This document shows positions 39,360 to 52,528 of a stretch of 64,000 nt of DNA, one piece after another. The DNA lies in the NCBI GenBank assembly GCA_964016885.1, contig OZ024740.1, positions 45,198,001 to 45,262,000 on the forward strand, read 5' to 3'. Origin of the DNA: Eledone cirrhosa. Its lineage: Eukaryota. The stretch's first letter is position 1, and every line of letters starts with the position of its first letter. The notes under the pieces were generated by a model. That model was not told where the DNA came from. It saw only the letters and a list, made by a program, of their open reading frames with translations, and made no database searches. A program made the position numbers and the translations under genes.

Positions 39360-40870
39360 CATTCAGGGGGGAATGTCGGTGAGCAGTGGAATGAGGTCTT
39401 TAGGAAGTGTCCACGACTTGTGTCTGGTGGTGGGGTCTGGAGGACGTGTCTGTGGGTGGGGGTGAGTGGGGTTGTCTTGAGAAAGTGGACGTTACTAGGT
39501 AGAAGGGAGTGAGTAGAGTGGGGTTCTGGAAGAAGTGACTGTGACCATAGCCTTCACTGACACTCTAAAGCAGATTATGTCGTTCTGCTTGAACTATTGG
39601 TAGTTGGCAATTGCAGGAAAGGATTTTCACACAGTGATATTCTGGGAATGAAGAACTGGGTGTAGGGGCTAGCGCTAGACCATATTAATCTACAGTCGGG
39701 GTAAGGGGAGACCTAGTCTTTTGGTTATTTCGGGCCTGTTCTAGCACTTCAATCTGGTAACAGTACCTTAGCAAAAACATATTAATGGGCTTCTAGATTT
39801 TATGTTAATCAGCTTTATGAATAAACTAACCATTAGAGTGGAGATTGAGGGAGGAGACATAATATGAGAGGGGACAAGAAGATAGATGAGTAAGTCAGAG
39901 ATGACTGAGTAGATGTAATACTATACCAACCGGTCCCAAGGGGCAGAGACCACTACAAAATAATTGTTTCTACTATTGGCACAAGGCCAGCAATTACCCA
40001 GTACATTACTGGTACTTTATTTTATAGACCCCGTAAGGATGAAAGGCAAAGTTAACCTCGGCGGGATTTGAACTCAGAATGGCAAGGGCCATAACTCTAA
40101 GTGTCAAAGCATGGCGTCCGACCCTCTACCGATATTGCCAATTCACAAAATAATTGTTTCTACTTTTGGCACAAGGCCAGCAATTACCCAGTGCATTACT
40201 GGTACTTTATTTTATCGACCCCGTGAGGATGAAAGGCAAAGTTAATCTCGGCGGGATTTGAACTCAGATTGTAAAGGGACGTAACTCTATGCTTCAAAGC
40301 ATGGTGTCCGACTCTCTACCGATACTGCCAATTCACAAAATAATGGTTTCTGATTGAGGCCAACAATTTTGGAGGAGGGGGAAAGTCGATTAAATCGACC
40401 CCTGTACATAATTGATACTTTATTTTATCGACCCCGTAAGGTTGAAAGGTAAAGCTAACCTCTGCGGGATCCGAACTCAAAGCGTAAAGGGTCGTAACTC
40501 TATGCTTCAAAGCATATTGTCCAACGCTCTACCGATACTGTCAACCCACTGTCCTTTAGAGACCACTGTAATAATCATAGAAAAGGCAGAAAAGGGAGAC
40601 AACAAGTCTATAGGTCAGAAGCTGATGTGTGGTTGAGAGCAACCTTATACAAATTAGATGAGAGAGTGGTCATTTGGATGTAGTCTAGCTCATATATGTT
40701 TTTAACAGCAGCACCGTACCAGATGTAGAAATAGTACTCTATTGTGGGTCTCCATCGAGCTTTGTTAAAAGGTTAGTCCTTAAAAAGCAATCGTTGCTAT
40801 GCTGAGGATGTGAATTCTCTGTACGAGATCCTCGGTGACAGTGAATCCTTGTATAGTTGTGTGGATTTTC
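39360..40870 (-). mobile_element. Ancient CR1/L2-like LINE remnant split by SINE insertions
   Basis: Weak RP..EY..IWYGAA..LD.IQ-like peptide at 40660-40760; gagaccact repeated on either side of the SINE block. Confidence 0.4.
39960..40550 (-). mobile_element. Three stacked family 1 SINEs
   Basis: Copies ~39960-40143, 40150-40333 and 40340-40550, separated by acaaaataat. Confidence 0.85.
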
Positions 40871-41749
40871 ATTACGTCTTTTTCATGTTCAATTAAATAT
40901 CAATTAAAATAAAGCTGTAGAATCAAGTTGCGACGTCACTGCTGTCAAGTTACATCGGCCGTGGCGTGGAGAGAGAAAACTGGTCTTTAAAAAAAACAGC
41001 TTGTCCAGACTTGTGCCTCAGAGGGGAAGTTTCTGTGCAAATCGTATGGGCATTCATGACCCCGAAGAGGGTCTTTACTCTTTACTTTTAAAATAAAGAA
41101 AAATGTTCTTTAAACTTTGCAAAAGAAACCAGTTTAGCCAAAATGAAAACTTGTAATGTACAATGAGATTTGGGTATGAAATATTTGATATATGTAGAGA
41201 AACGGGTAGTTTCTGAATTGTCTCCAAAATAGTTTTATTTTCCAAATTCTCATCATCCGTCTCTTTTAATTTTAGCTTTGCTAGAATAACAAGACTTACT
41301 TTCGTGCGTAGGTTCTGCACAATCCTACTAACCTCGCAGAAGATATTAACTAACTAGAAAATAACAATCGTTCTAAAATTTTATCCAAGAAAGAGGAAGT
41401 AGTTGTGTAAAGAATTTAATGTCTCGCCTGTTGCCAAGTTACTAGTTTGTGTAGTAGTGTTTTTTGTTATTAATACTTAGGTTAGGTATTCTTAATATGT
41501 TTAAACTCTTCCAGTGTCGCATATATGACTGAGACATAGAGCTACAGAGGGCTAGAATTGGTTTACTTCAATGTCTATTTTAGTGCTCCATTGTTTTGGT
41601 GTCTACTTTGAATATCATTCTCCTATTATCAAAAGAAAGACGTAGTACCAGTAATATACTGACATAATGATTTCTTTATTTAGTAATATACTGACATAAT
41701 AAAAACTCACTTGTAGAGTATATAACGGTATTAAGTACTCAGCTGTCAA

Positions 41750-41925
<176 letters not shown>

Positions 41926-42319
41926 TAAGAAACGAAATGAGCTGTGTGGTTACTGTAAACAAAGTTTAAGATGGTAGTATGGACGAAACAAGAGAAGAAA
42001 AGAAATTCTTCATCAGCTGTAAAACCGAGATCAAAATGTTTCGGCGCTTAAGGGGCTTCTGTCTACCAAATTCCACTTACAAGGCATTGGTCACCCAAGC
42101 TGCCGTGCAGAGTGTCTGAACCCAGAGATAATTGATCGCAAAGCGAACTCATTAACCACTCAGCCATGCCTGTGTCTATAAATATCGAGTGTGTTTTGTT
42201 GTTGTTTTTTTAATCACTATATAGAAAGTTCTGAATGAAAGGTTTTTTAAGGGATTTAATTCCAGAAAAAGGGATCTCGTAGGCAAACTTACATTGGATC
42301 TTCAGTAGATAGATATATG

Positions 42320-42630
42320 TCTCGTTGTCTAGGAGTTAGGATGTTCAGCTCACCATTGTAAAAGCATGAGTTCGATTCCAGACGATACGTTGTGTCCTAG
42401 AACAATATACTTTATTTCCCGTTGCTGGAAAAAAATAGTTATGCTTGTAATTCAAAGGGGCAGCCTGAATACCCGCTGTGTCAAGCTGAATCTCCCTGAG
42501 AATTACGTTAAGGTTATACATGTCAGTAGATTGTTCAGCCACTTATACGGCAATTTCACGAGTAGGTTGTTCCATTGATCAAACAACTGAAATACACTCG
42601 TCGTTGGAATTGATGGCGATCCAACAGATA
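42320..42630 (+). mobile_element. tRNA-derived SINE, family 3
   Basis: gagttcgattcc B box; ctgaatctccctgagaattacgttaagg..ttcagccactt..aatttcacgag shared with 59205-59515, 49200-49420 (-) and 56720-56870 (-). Confidence 0.7.
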
Positions 42631-43529
42631 TATGCCTCAATGAATGTTTATTGAATTTTTATAGCTTTTTCTCTTTCGGCTGTTAAAATGTATAAAAAGC
42701 AAAGCAGTGAGATGAGAAACATTCTTACATTCCAGACGTAGTCATCCTATTTGCTGATATTTATGGCTCACAACAAGATAATTGATATTCCAAACTTAAA
42801 CTTCCCCCCAAAGCGTCATTGTGGTCGGGGATGGGCGAAAATGTTCTGACTCTTTCCAAAATAATTTTGTGAAAGATAGAATGATTTTCTACAGCTGAGC
42901 ATTAAAAATAGTAAAAATCTTATTCAATAAGAGCTCTTTGGTATCTTTCGACATTTTCACTGATGAGCTTTACTGCTCCCACTTTCATTTTCTTTCTTTC
43001 TACCACCTTCGCACCACAGCTCCTCCCTCTCTCCCCCTCTCTCTCTCTCTCTTTCTCTTTATGTATCTATTTCACACACACGTGCGCGCGCGCATATACA
43101 CACGTACATACATGCGTACGCGCACACAAACAAATGACTGGACTAATTTTTAAACTTTCGCTTTATGCCCACTTACTATAACCACATATTTTCTGTGGTC
43201 GTCAAGACTTCTTAGAAATAGCAACCAAATCGCCCCCAAGAAACGATAAAAATTAAGTCACTAACTCACCCCCCCCCCCCCCCTCTTTACTCATTTCAAT
43301 TTTCAGTTCATATTTACTTATTTCCTGGGAAAACCTTCAATATGAGTCAGTACCTAACAATCATTGAAGGATAGACCAATAACTTGGTAGAGTTTTAGGT
43401 GCGACCTTTCGAATATTATACTGCACAGTCCTTTAGTTCCTTTGTTGAACATCTGTTGCAAACGATATCTACAGTTCTTCAATACGGTCCTTCAGCGAGA
43501 TTCTTACCTGAGTTCTCATACTGTGTGGA

Positions 43530-43690
43530 GATATTGGTAATAATCCTCCGGGGAAACGCCTTCTCCATTCTGTCCGCCGAGGCTGTGGAGCGACCAGCAC
43601 GTGGGACCCCATCTGCTCATAATACAGAGAGATGGGGAGGGCGAGAGAGATGGAGGCGATGACAGTGGGAGTTCGGCTCTTCCGTGTGCT
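43530..43690 (+). mobile_element. CRE-like element 3' end
   Basis: ILRGNAFSILSA (cf. IQRGNA..IL at RLE C-termini), followed by an ~85-bp 3' module repeated at 47850-47932. Confidence 0.55.
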
Positions 43691-44130
43691 AGATTATTAT
43701 AGAACTTTAAATATGAGAATCTGTAGCTTTGTACCAATCAATGTTTTGTTTTTTTTTGTTTTTTTTCATGCTTCACGAAAAGCGTCAAACGATATATGTC
43801 ATGAGTTCAAAATAGTTCGATAAAACACATGAACTTGGCAACTTCTAATCTAACGAGCAGAAAAGGGGACCTCAACATACTATCTGTAAAGTCTCGGCCA
43901 TTGTATCATTGTATTTCTTTAAATCCTGAAACCTAAATTAATCTAAACCACAGATATTTGGTTGAATTCTTCTCACTCGGTCTTTAGCATTTCTTACTCT
44001 AAAATTATTTAACTTTAAATTTCCTATCTTCTCCACGTGTATGGGTATCAAGATAAAGCGAAAAATTGAAAAGTGAAACGTTCCAAAATTGAAGGTGTTT
44101 GATGATGGACAGAAAAGTTTGAAGGTGTTT

Positions 44131-44312
44131 GAGGATGGACTGAAAACTTCATAGGCTGGCTATGAAGGAGTGATGCTAGAGCTGTGAAATATTGCATACA
44201 TTAATTTCAATTCTTCTTATTAATAACTGCATTGTTTCTTTCCAGGGACTAAGTTGAAAATAAACCTCCTTTGGCCATTCCTTGAGAGTATCTTGGTCAG
44301 CCTATGAACTTC
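44131..44312. mobile_element. Tc1/mariner-like MITE remnant
   Basis: Inverted termini ttcataggctg / cagcctatgaa. Confidence 0.5.
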
Positions 44313-44808
44313 GTATTTCTTTGATACTTATAAAATATATATTTAGACTCGTTCAGATCTCCGGGTACTTCTAAATAATTCATGAGATTAAGCACTTTAA
44401 TCTTAATGGATGAATCATCAACTGAAAAAAGATAAGGAAATGGCTACAAAAGTGCTTTTCTGTGGGCACAATTAATATAAAGATATGCAATTTATGAAAA
44501 TTATGGTGAAAGACAAGCTTCTTTGAATATAGTCTGATTTTGGAAAGACAAAACAGCGTAAACAATTATTCTTTTATTCTTTTACTGGCCTCAGTCATTT
44601 GACTGTGGTCAGGCTGGGGCACTGCCTTAAATGGAGTTTAGTCGATGCCAGTACTTATTTTGTCAACCTCCTAATGCTATGAACACTAGTTTAAGTTATA
44701 GAATTCTAACATACATACCATCAAGTATTTCTTTTTAATTATATCTGTTTCCAGGTGCTATTTTACATGGTTCTGTCATGGTGTACTGGAGTGAATACCC
44801 TACTAGAT

Positions 44809-44880
44809 CAGTGGTTCTCAACCTTTTGTGTACCATGCTCCATCTCAACATCTAAAAAATTGCTCCCCCCCTTTGATATG
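44809..44880 (+). mobile_element. hAT (Charlie-like) terminal sequence
   Basis: cagtggttctcaacctt terminus; partner end not identified. Confidence 0.45.
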
Positions 44881-44921
44881 AAAACATCAATCATCAACTG
44901 CAAAGTGTAAACAAATTGGTG

Positions 44922-45671
44922 TATAGGTGGTGCCAGATGCACAATAACATGTGGAAGAGGGGGTGAGACAGGAGTTTCTGACAGTAATGTGTACCATATA
45001 GGTGGTGCCAGATGCACAATAACATGTGGAAGAGGGGGTGAGACAGGAGTTTCTGACAGTAATGTGTACCATATAGATGGTGCCAGATACACAATAACAT
45101 GTGGAAGAGGGGGTGAGACAGGAGTTTCTGACAGTAATGTGTACCATATAGGTGGTGCCAGATGCACAATAACATGTGGAAGAGGGGGTGAGACAGGAGT
45201 TTCTGACAGTAATGTGTACCATATAGATGGTGCCAGATACACAATAACATGTGGAAGAGGAGGTGAGACAGGAGTTTCTGACAGTAATGTGTACCATATA
45301 GATGGTGCCAGATACACAATAACATGTGGAAGAGGAGGTGAGACAGGAGTTTCTGACAGTAATGTGTACCATATAGGTGGTGCCAGATGCACAATAACAT
45401 GTGGAAGAGGGGGTGAGACAGGAGTTTCTGACAGTAATGTGTACCATATAGATGGTGCCAGATACACAATAACATGTGGAAGAGGAGGTGAGACAGGAGT
45501 TTCTGACAGTAATGTGTACCATATAGATGGTGCCAGATACACAATAACATGTGGAAGAGGAGGTGAGACAGGAGTTTCTGACAGTAATGTGTACCATATA
45601 GATGGTGCCAGATACACAATAACATGTGGAAGAGGAGGTGAGACAGGAGTTTCTGACAGTAATGTGTACCA
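44922..45671. repeat. Minisatellite, 10 x 75 bp
   Basis: Exact 75-bp period with three variable sites. Confidence 0.97.
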
Positions 45672-45772
45672 AGTCGCACTATAGCAGATGCTCATCGAAT
45701 TATAAGAGGCAATCACGAAGCACTCATGATGTGCTAAAATACCAAAATGTTGGTTAGCACGATACCTCACTA

Positions 45773-45963
45773 CGGTGGATTGGCAGTATCGGTAGAGGGT
45801 CGGACACTATGCTTTGCAGCAAAGAGTTACGGCCCTTTATGGTCTGAGTTCAAATCCCGCCGAGGTTAATTTTGCCTTTCATCCTTATGGGGTCGATAAA
45901 ATAAAGAACCAGTAATACACTGGGATAATTGCTGGCCTTGTGCCAAAAGTAGAAACAACTATT
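45773..45963 (+). mobile_element. tRNA-derived SINE, family 1
   Basis: Full consensus match. Confidence 0.85.
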
Positions 45964-46409
45964 ATATTTTAAATAGAAAGTTGTTGTGGTGGGTATAGCC
46001 CTTGCGGCTCCGTGGTCCCTGACAAGTCATGTAAAATCGCTTATCAAAATAGATTTAGCAGCAGTGAAAACACATGATAAATATAATGTGAAAAGACAAG
46101 ATGTGTAGGAAAGATTAGTTCTTGTTTTTGTGTCTATGTAAAAAATCTCATTTCTGTTAGGTATGTGAAATTAAGTGTTCTCCTTGATGAAAATAAAGGT
46201 TTGAAATACTTGCAGTAGATTTGAAATGTGTGGATTGGTTGGGAAACACATTATTTGGCCACCCACCTGAAACTTAAGGGATTGTGTACGGCAAGATTTG
46301 TGTACACAAAAGTTTGAAATCAAGACCTATATATTGGTTAGACAATATTTTATTGATTTGATCAAACTCTGAAGCTTACGAGATGATCTACCGCAACAGT
46401 TGGAAACGT

Positions 46410-46755
46410 CTTCTTCTTCTTCTTCTTCTTCTTCTTCTTCTTCTTCGCCCACTTATTCCTGAGAGGGTCGTGGGGGCAAAGTACTCAAGCACTCCTTCCA
46501 GCAGGTCCTGTAACAAGCAACTATCTCCAACTGATCCGGCTTGATTCCCAAGCGAGACCAACCAAGTTCATGGATGTTATCCAACCATCTTACTCGAGAA
46601 ATACCCCCTGGGTCTCCTGCCGGTTGGTTTTTCCCGTAAAATCTGTCCAGCGATTCTTTCCTGAAGCAGTCTAACTACATGTCCATAATATCGGAATTGT
46701 AATTTCTCAATTCGGAGAAGTAGCGGCTCAACCTGGAGTGACTCTCTGAGTTGGA
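46410..46755 (-). mobile_element. RTE LINE 3' fragment with (GAA)n tail
   Basis: RESLQVEPLLLRIEKLQFRYYGHVVRL..TGRRPRG; shorter relative at 48606-48775. Confidence 0.85.
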
Positions 46756-48204
46756 AACAAAAACCAAAAAACGAAGGAAATTGAAACACTTGTAGATGAT
46801 TTGAAATCATGACCTGTGGATTGGTTACACAATAGTCTACTCAGTTGGCCATCCGCCTGATGCTTACAGGATAGTCTGCAAGTAGAGTAGGAGGTACAGT
46901 CTTATACCAACGGAAACTTACAGGTACATAAGGATATGTAGAGAGTTGGAGGGAAACATTCGTTCTGAGAAAAACAATAAATTTAATGAGTCATAGGTAT
47001 GCAACTTATATTAAATTACTGTTTTAGTCTTAAGACTTTTTCCATGTGGAATTTTATAGACATTGTCGGTAGGAGGCTTTGAAATTTGAATGCAAGCGAA
47101 ATTTCGCACGTGAACGAAGGATTCCGCACCCTATCTCACAAATATAGTAGGTGGGTGGATCTCTCTCTCTCTCTCTCTGTAAACTAGTAGATGTGTAGGG
47201 ATAACTAATTTAACAAATTATGGATAGTTTATTTGTTAATGAAAATATTGGCACTCTCTCTCTATATATATATATAAAGTGTGTGTGTGTGTGTTATTAG
47301 TATTCTTTTATTCGTTGTTGGTATCACATTTCTTAGTAATTGTAACAAAAGAACCTTTATTCCATCTATAAATAGCAATTACAAACGTGGTGTGTTTAAC
47401 TTATTTCTTCGACAGATAAGATATATATTTTTGATCATTTTACTTTTTATTCAACTGGGTTTGTTTTTGTTTTTGGTTGTTGTTTTTTGTTGTTGTTGTT
47501 GTTTTGTTTTTTGGGGTTCGGGAAGGTTTAATAAAGTATATAAACTGAGATTACCTCAAAATAGCAATTCGGGCTGAAATACCGAAATATTTCTATTAAA
47601 AAAAACACTACTTTCAGAATAGCTCCGGTGAACTTGAAACTTGCTATGTCTACTAGAAAGCTATGCCATCTTAGACATTCAAGACCGGCGCTACTGTTAA
47701 GGTCAACTAAGTAGCCACCTGAGGCACAGACAACAGTGAGGCGCATTACTGGACCTTAAAGTGTTAGAGTTTTATACTAATTTGTTTAAATATATAATTT
47801 TGTTTAAATATATAATTTTTTTTAATATATAATTTCCTGCAATCAATGAGACCCCATTTGCTCACAATACAGAGAGATGGGGAGGGCGAGAGAGATGGAG
47901 GCGATAACAGTGGGAGTTCGGCTCTTCCGCGTCCGGACACATTGCACCTGTCATGTGGATCATGTGATAATTTTATTTATAGCTCAAATTATGAATCAAT
48001 AGAGTTGTAGAGAAGGTTAAGCGATGGAGAGGGCCGTATAGTATTATGAGTTGTTCCATAATTTGGCGTTGCTGAGTATGGATCGTGTAGTGTGAAATGC
48101 AGACTTAGTAATTTTCTTTATGTGGTCAGAGCAAGAAGTCAGCTTACCAAACTGTAAGTTGAAATTAATCACTATGAAATGTACCACATTTATTTTAAGA
48201 ATTT

Positions 48205-48400
48205 CTAATTTAAGCACAAGGCCAGAAATTAGGGGAAAAGAGACAGCTGATTTTATTGACCGCACTACTTAACAAGTACTTTATTTTATTGATCCCGGAA
48301 GGATGAAAGATAAATTTGGACTCAAAATGTTAAAAGCTGGAACAAATGCTGCAAACGCAATTTATCCAATGCTCTACCAATTGTGCCAATCCACCGCCCG
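48205..48400 (-). mobile_element. Diverged family 1 SINE
   Basis: gcacaaggccag..tactttattttattgatcccggaaggatgaaag..gccaatccaccgccc. Confidence 0.7.
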
Positions 48401-49479
48401 CTTTTTACTTTATGAATATAAACACACATTTTTGTATATTTGATGTTTGTGTTTAAACTGCAATTGTCACGCTATGTGAGTGTTTTGGATATATATCTAC
48501 AAAGACTATATACAATCTATGTCGTGTGTATGACACCAAATTGATATTAATGTAAATATTTATAAATTATTTTATAATTTAGAAAACACATGTTAGCATC
48601 CGTATATTCTTCTTCTTCTTCTTCTTCTTCTTCTTCTTCGCCTACTCATTCCGGTGAGGGTCTTGGAGGCAAAGTCCTAAAGCACGCCTTCCAGCATGTC
48701 AGAAGCAACAGTCTCCAATTGATCCAAGCGAGACCAGCCAAGCTCATCGATGCTATCCAACCATCTTACTCGAGGTCTACTTATTTAAATATTAAAATTA
48801 TTTATTTCTGTTTATTTATTTCTAATCTACTTCCAATATTTGAGTAGACATATGCAGTGGTGAAAATATAAGTAAACAAATACAAGAGTAAAAAACAGCA
48901 TTTGAAGAAAAGAAGCGCTTACAGATAGTTAAACATCTGTTTAACTTAAGGGAAATAGGATCTTACAGATAGTTAACCAGCTGTTTATTAAAACTAAGAG
49001 AAATAGGATATCCGGTAATGTTGGACCTGTTCTAACCAGCTCCATATTTTATTTGCTTCTATTCTGATATTCAACTGCAACATAAACCCATGTGTGTATG
49101 TATGTATGTGTGTGTGCATGCATGTGTATGTATGCGAGTGTGTATATATGTGCGTGCATATGCGTGTGTATTGGACGTCCATCACTTCCATCAATAAGTG
49201 TTCCAATTGTTTGAACAACGGAACTGCCTGGTCGTGAAATTTACGTTCAAGCGGCTGACCAACTCACAGACACGTGTACTATTAACGAAACTCTCAGGGA
49301 GATTCATCGTGACAAGGTGTGTAACACAGCTTGCTCTTTGAATTACATTTCCAACTCATTTATTTCCAGCTAAGTGGACTGGAGCAACGTGAAATAAAGT
49401 GTCTTGCTCAAGGACACAACAAATCAAGAGAGGCATCTAAATCAGTTTAGTTCCATTTCCTTTATGTGTATATCTGTGT

Positions 49480-49910
49480 ACGATATTTCAGTTGGTATTG
49501 AGATTGTGAGTTCGATTCCCGGAATGGGTGGTACGTTGAGTCCTTCAGCGAGTCACTATATTTCATATTGTTCCGGTTCACTCAACTGTAGAAATCAGTT
49601 GAGTATATAGAGTGTATGTATAAAGTGTATATAAAGAGTATATAGAGTGTATGTATAGTGTATAAATGAAATGCGGCGTCACATGTGCCAAGTTGCATTG
49701 GCCTTTGCCTTTCCCTTGGACTACATCGGTGGCGTAAAGAGGGGAGACTGGTACACATGAGCTGTTCTTCCACAAAACATCTTGCCTGGGCTTGGGTGAC
49801 TGCTGGTCTTCCACAAAAACACTTTACATAGGCATATGCCTTAGAGCGATCTTTCTAGGTGCAAAACACATGGCCATTCGTGACCGAAGGGGTCTTTACT
49901 CTTTACCTTT
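49480..49910 (+). mobile_element. SINE-like element with (ctttac) tail, interrupted by low-complexity DNA
   Basis: gagttcgattcc B box; 3' end cattcgtgaccgaaggggtctttactctttac shared with 40930-41090. Confidence 0.55.
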
Positions 49911-50275
49911 TATAAAAGAACCATCAATAACAATGGTCCCACATTAACAACTGATGTGGAATTTTCGATTATTGGCTATTCTTCTCAGCTAATTTCTCCC
50001 TGGATGCAGGCATGGTTGAGTGGTTAAGAAGTTCGTTTCACAATGATGAGGTCTTGGGTTCGATCCCATTGCGCAGCATCTTGTATAAGTCTCGTTAGCA
50101 AAGCTTCAAGTTGACCCTCTACATTCTCTGAGTTCAAATCCCACTAAAATCAATTTTACTTTTCATTCTTTCGAAGTCGATAAATAAAGTACCAGTCCAG
50201 TACTGAGGTCTATTCTTTTTCTACATCTTTTTCTCGCTTCATACATACATACATACATACATACATGCATACATG

Positions 50276-50343
<68 letters not shown>

Positions 50344-51120
50344 ACTGACCCATTGCATGCCAGAACCTGATGTATAAGATGTATACAGCCTGCCTGAACC
50401 TATTTCTCCAATATCCCTGTGAAAATAATAACATCATCACAGATGAACAAGCAGCTGGAAAGAAAGGGGTTTGGGGATGTGCTGAACAACTCCTAATCAA
50501 CAAAACTGCGATGTCGGAGGTGCGACAACTTAAGAGGAATATGGCTACAGTCTAGCTGGACTACAGGAAAGCTTATGATTCTGTTCCCCACTCTTGGATG
50601 ATAGAAGCACTCCGACTTGCTAAAGTCCCAGACATTATTATCAGAGCCATAGAGAAGCTGTCTTCTTGGGCTACTATCCTAAAGTTAAAAACAGAGAAGG
50701 AGGACTCTATTTTCACTGATAAAATAGAATATCACATAAGTATATTTCAGGGGGACAGTCTCTCTGTGATACTATTTATCCTGTCATTAAAATCCTTATC
50801 CTTTCTGCTTAAGAAATGTGAAGGATACATCATTAGCTGACAGGAGGACAGAAATACAAACCTAACCCATAATTACTTTGTGGATGATCTGAACCTCTAT
50901 GCCAAGAACATAGATGGGATGAAGAAACATTTTGACCCGGTTACAACATTCTCAAATGATATAGGAATGGAGTTTGGCCAAGATAAATGTTCATATATAA
51001 CTGTAAAGCGGGAAAAAACTACAACCCAATCTAGCAACTTCTTTCATCAATGGCCTAACTGTTTCACCGATACCTGATGAGGACTGCTACAGATACCTGG
51101 GGATAGATGAAATACCATTA

Positions 51121-52528
51121 TCTCCTTATAATATATAACCAGCAATTTCTCTGTCTGTCTGTCCGACGCGTAGAGAGAGAGTGAGAGTGAAAGAAAGAGA
51201 CAGACTACAAGAGGGGGGTAGCGGGAGGGAGAGAGAGAGACGCTGGAAGAAGGGAAGGAAAGCTATGTCTTGCTGTCTGCATTACGATACATATATATAT
51301 ACACACACTGAGCGCGTCATAATGACGTAATGCAGACAGCCAGACATACAGACAGATATTATAAGGGCGCAACGTTATATCTATGTATCTATCTAAAAGG
51401 GAAGACTAAGAATTTTATAGAGAGAACGCTAAATCGCCTAATGCGGTCCCTAGGACATTGAAAATTTTAAATAATTCTTGCTCAAAACACTCACAGGACC
51501 ATAAGTATTACATATCTAAAGTTTGAAAACAATCGGTTGGATGGTTCTCAAGTTTTAGTGAGCTAACAGACAGACATTCTCTGTTTTAGATATATAGACT
51601 AGCAGAAAACCGCCCCGGGTGGTTTTCTGCTAGTCTATATATATAAAACTGAGGATGTCTGTCTGTGTGTGTGTGAGTTTGAATCCCTTAAACTCGATAA
51701 CCACCCAACCGACTGTTTTCAAACTTTACACATGTAATACTTGTTTCGGGGAGTGTTCTGAGCAAAAACAATTTTAAATTTTCAATGCCCTAGGGACCAC
51801 AATAGGCGATTTAGCGATCTCTCTCTATAATTCTTAGTCTTTCTCTTTTTAGATAGATACATACATATAACGTCGCGCCCTAATAATATCTGTCTGTACG
51901 TCACTTCCCTGAGGATGTCTGTCCTGTGTGTGTGCCTGTGAGTTTGAATCCCTAAAACTCGAGAAGTACCCAACCGATTTTTTTCAAACTTTACATGTGT
52001 ATTACTTATGTTTCAGGGAGTGTTATGCATGTAAAAATATCAACTTTTTCATATCCTAGGTGAAAAATTGCGTTTTTTAAGCTTTTTATGGGTTTTTTGA
52101 GGCGTTACGTCAGACCGATTTCCTTGAAATTGTAACTATGTATTAGTCAGTCTCTTCTTCATACCGTGAGCAAAGAAAATCCAACTTTTTTATGGCCTAG
52201 AGCCCGCATTAGGTGAAAAACTTCATTTTTTTTTCCAGCTTTTTAGGGCTTTTTGGCGGCGTCACGTCTAGCCGATTTTCCCGAAATTTCAAGGCATATT
52301 ATGCACATAAAAAAAATTCTTTTCTTGATCCCCTAGGGCCCACATTAGGTGAAAACATGCCTTTTTCCTGCTTCATCGAGGAAAATCTTAAAGATTATCC
52401 AGCCATCAGAGTATTCGGTTTATTTTCTTTACATATTGTCCAAGCATGCAGTTTTTCCACGATTAGGTCTGTTGGCGGCCCGCCTTCCAAAATACCTTAT
52501 CCCGTGCAACGTCGGGTACCACTGCTAG
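51121..52528 (+). mobile_element. Composite non-autonomous Helitron inserted at an A|T site
   Basis: 5' TC at 51121 after A; hairpin cccgtgcaacgtcggg (52501-52516) and CTAG (52525-52528) before T; LINE peptide YRYLGIDE..|..AYNGICNKER resumes across it. Confidence 0.82.

Noticed and set aside
39912-39945. Twister-ribozyme-like ccggtcccaag
   Set aside because: The following cccgg strand and downstream pseudoknot partners are missing; it lies in an old LINE remnant
41995-42050. Hammerhead-like CTGATGA and GAAA on the minus strand
   Set aside because: The order and flanks do not give stems I-III
44922-45671. CRISPR-like regular array
   Set aside because: Contiguous near-identical 75-bp units with no unique spacers, no cas genes, eukaryotic context
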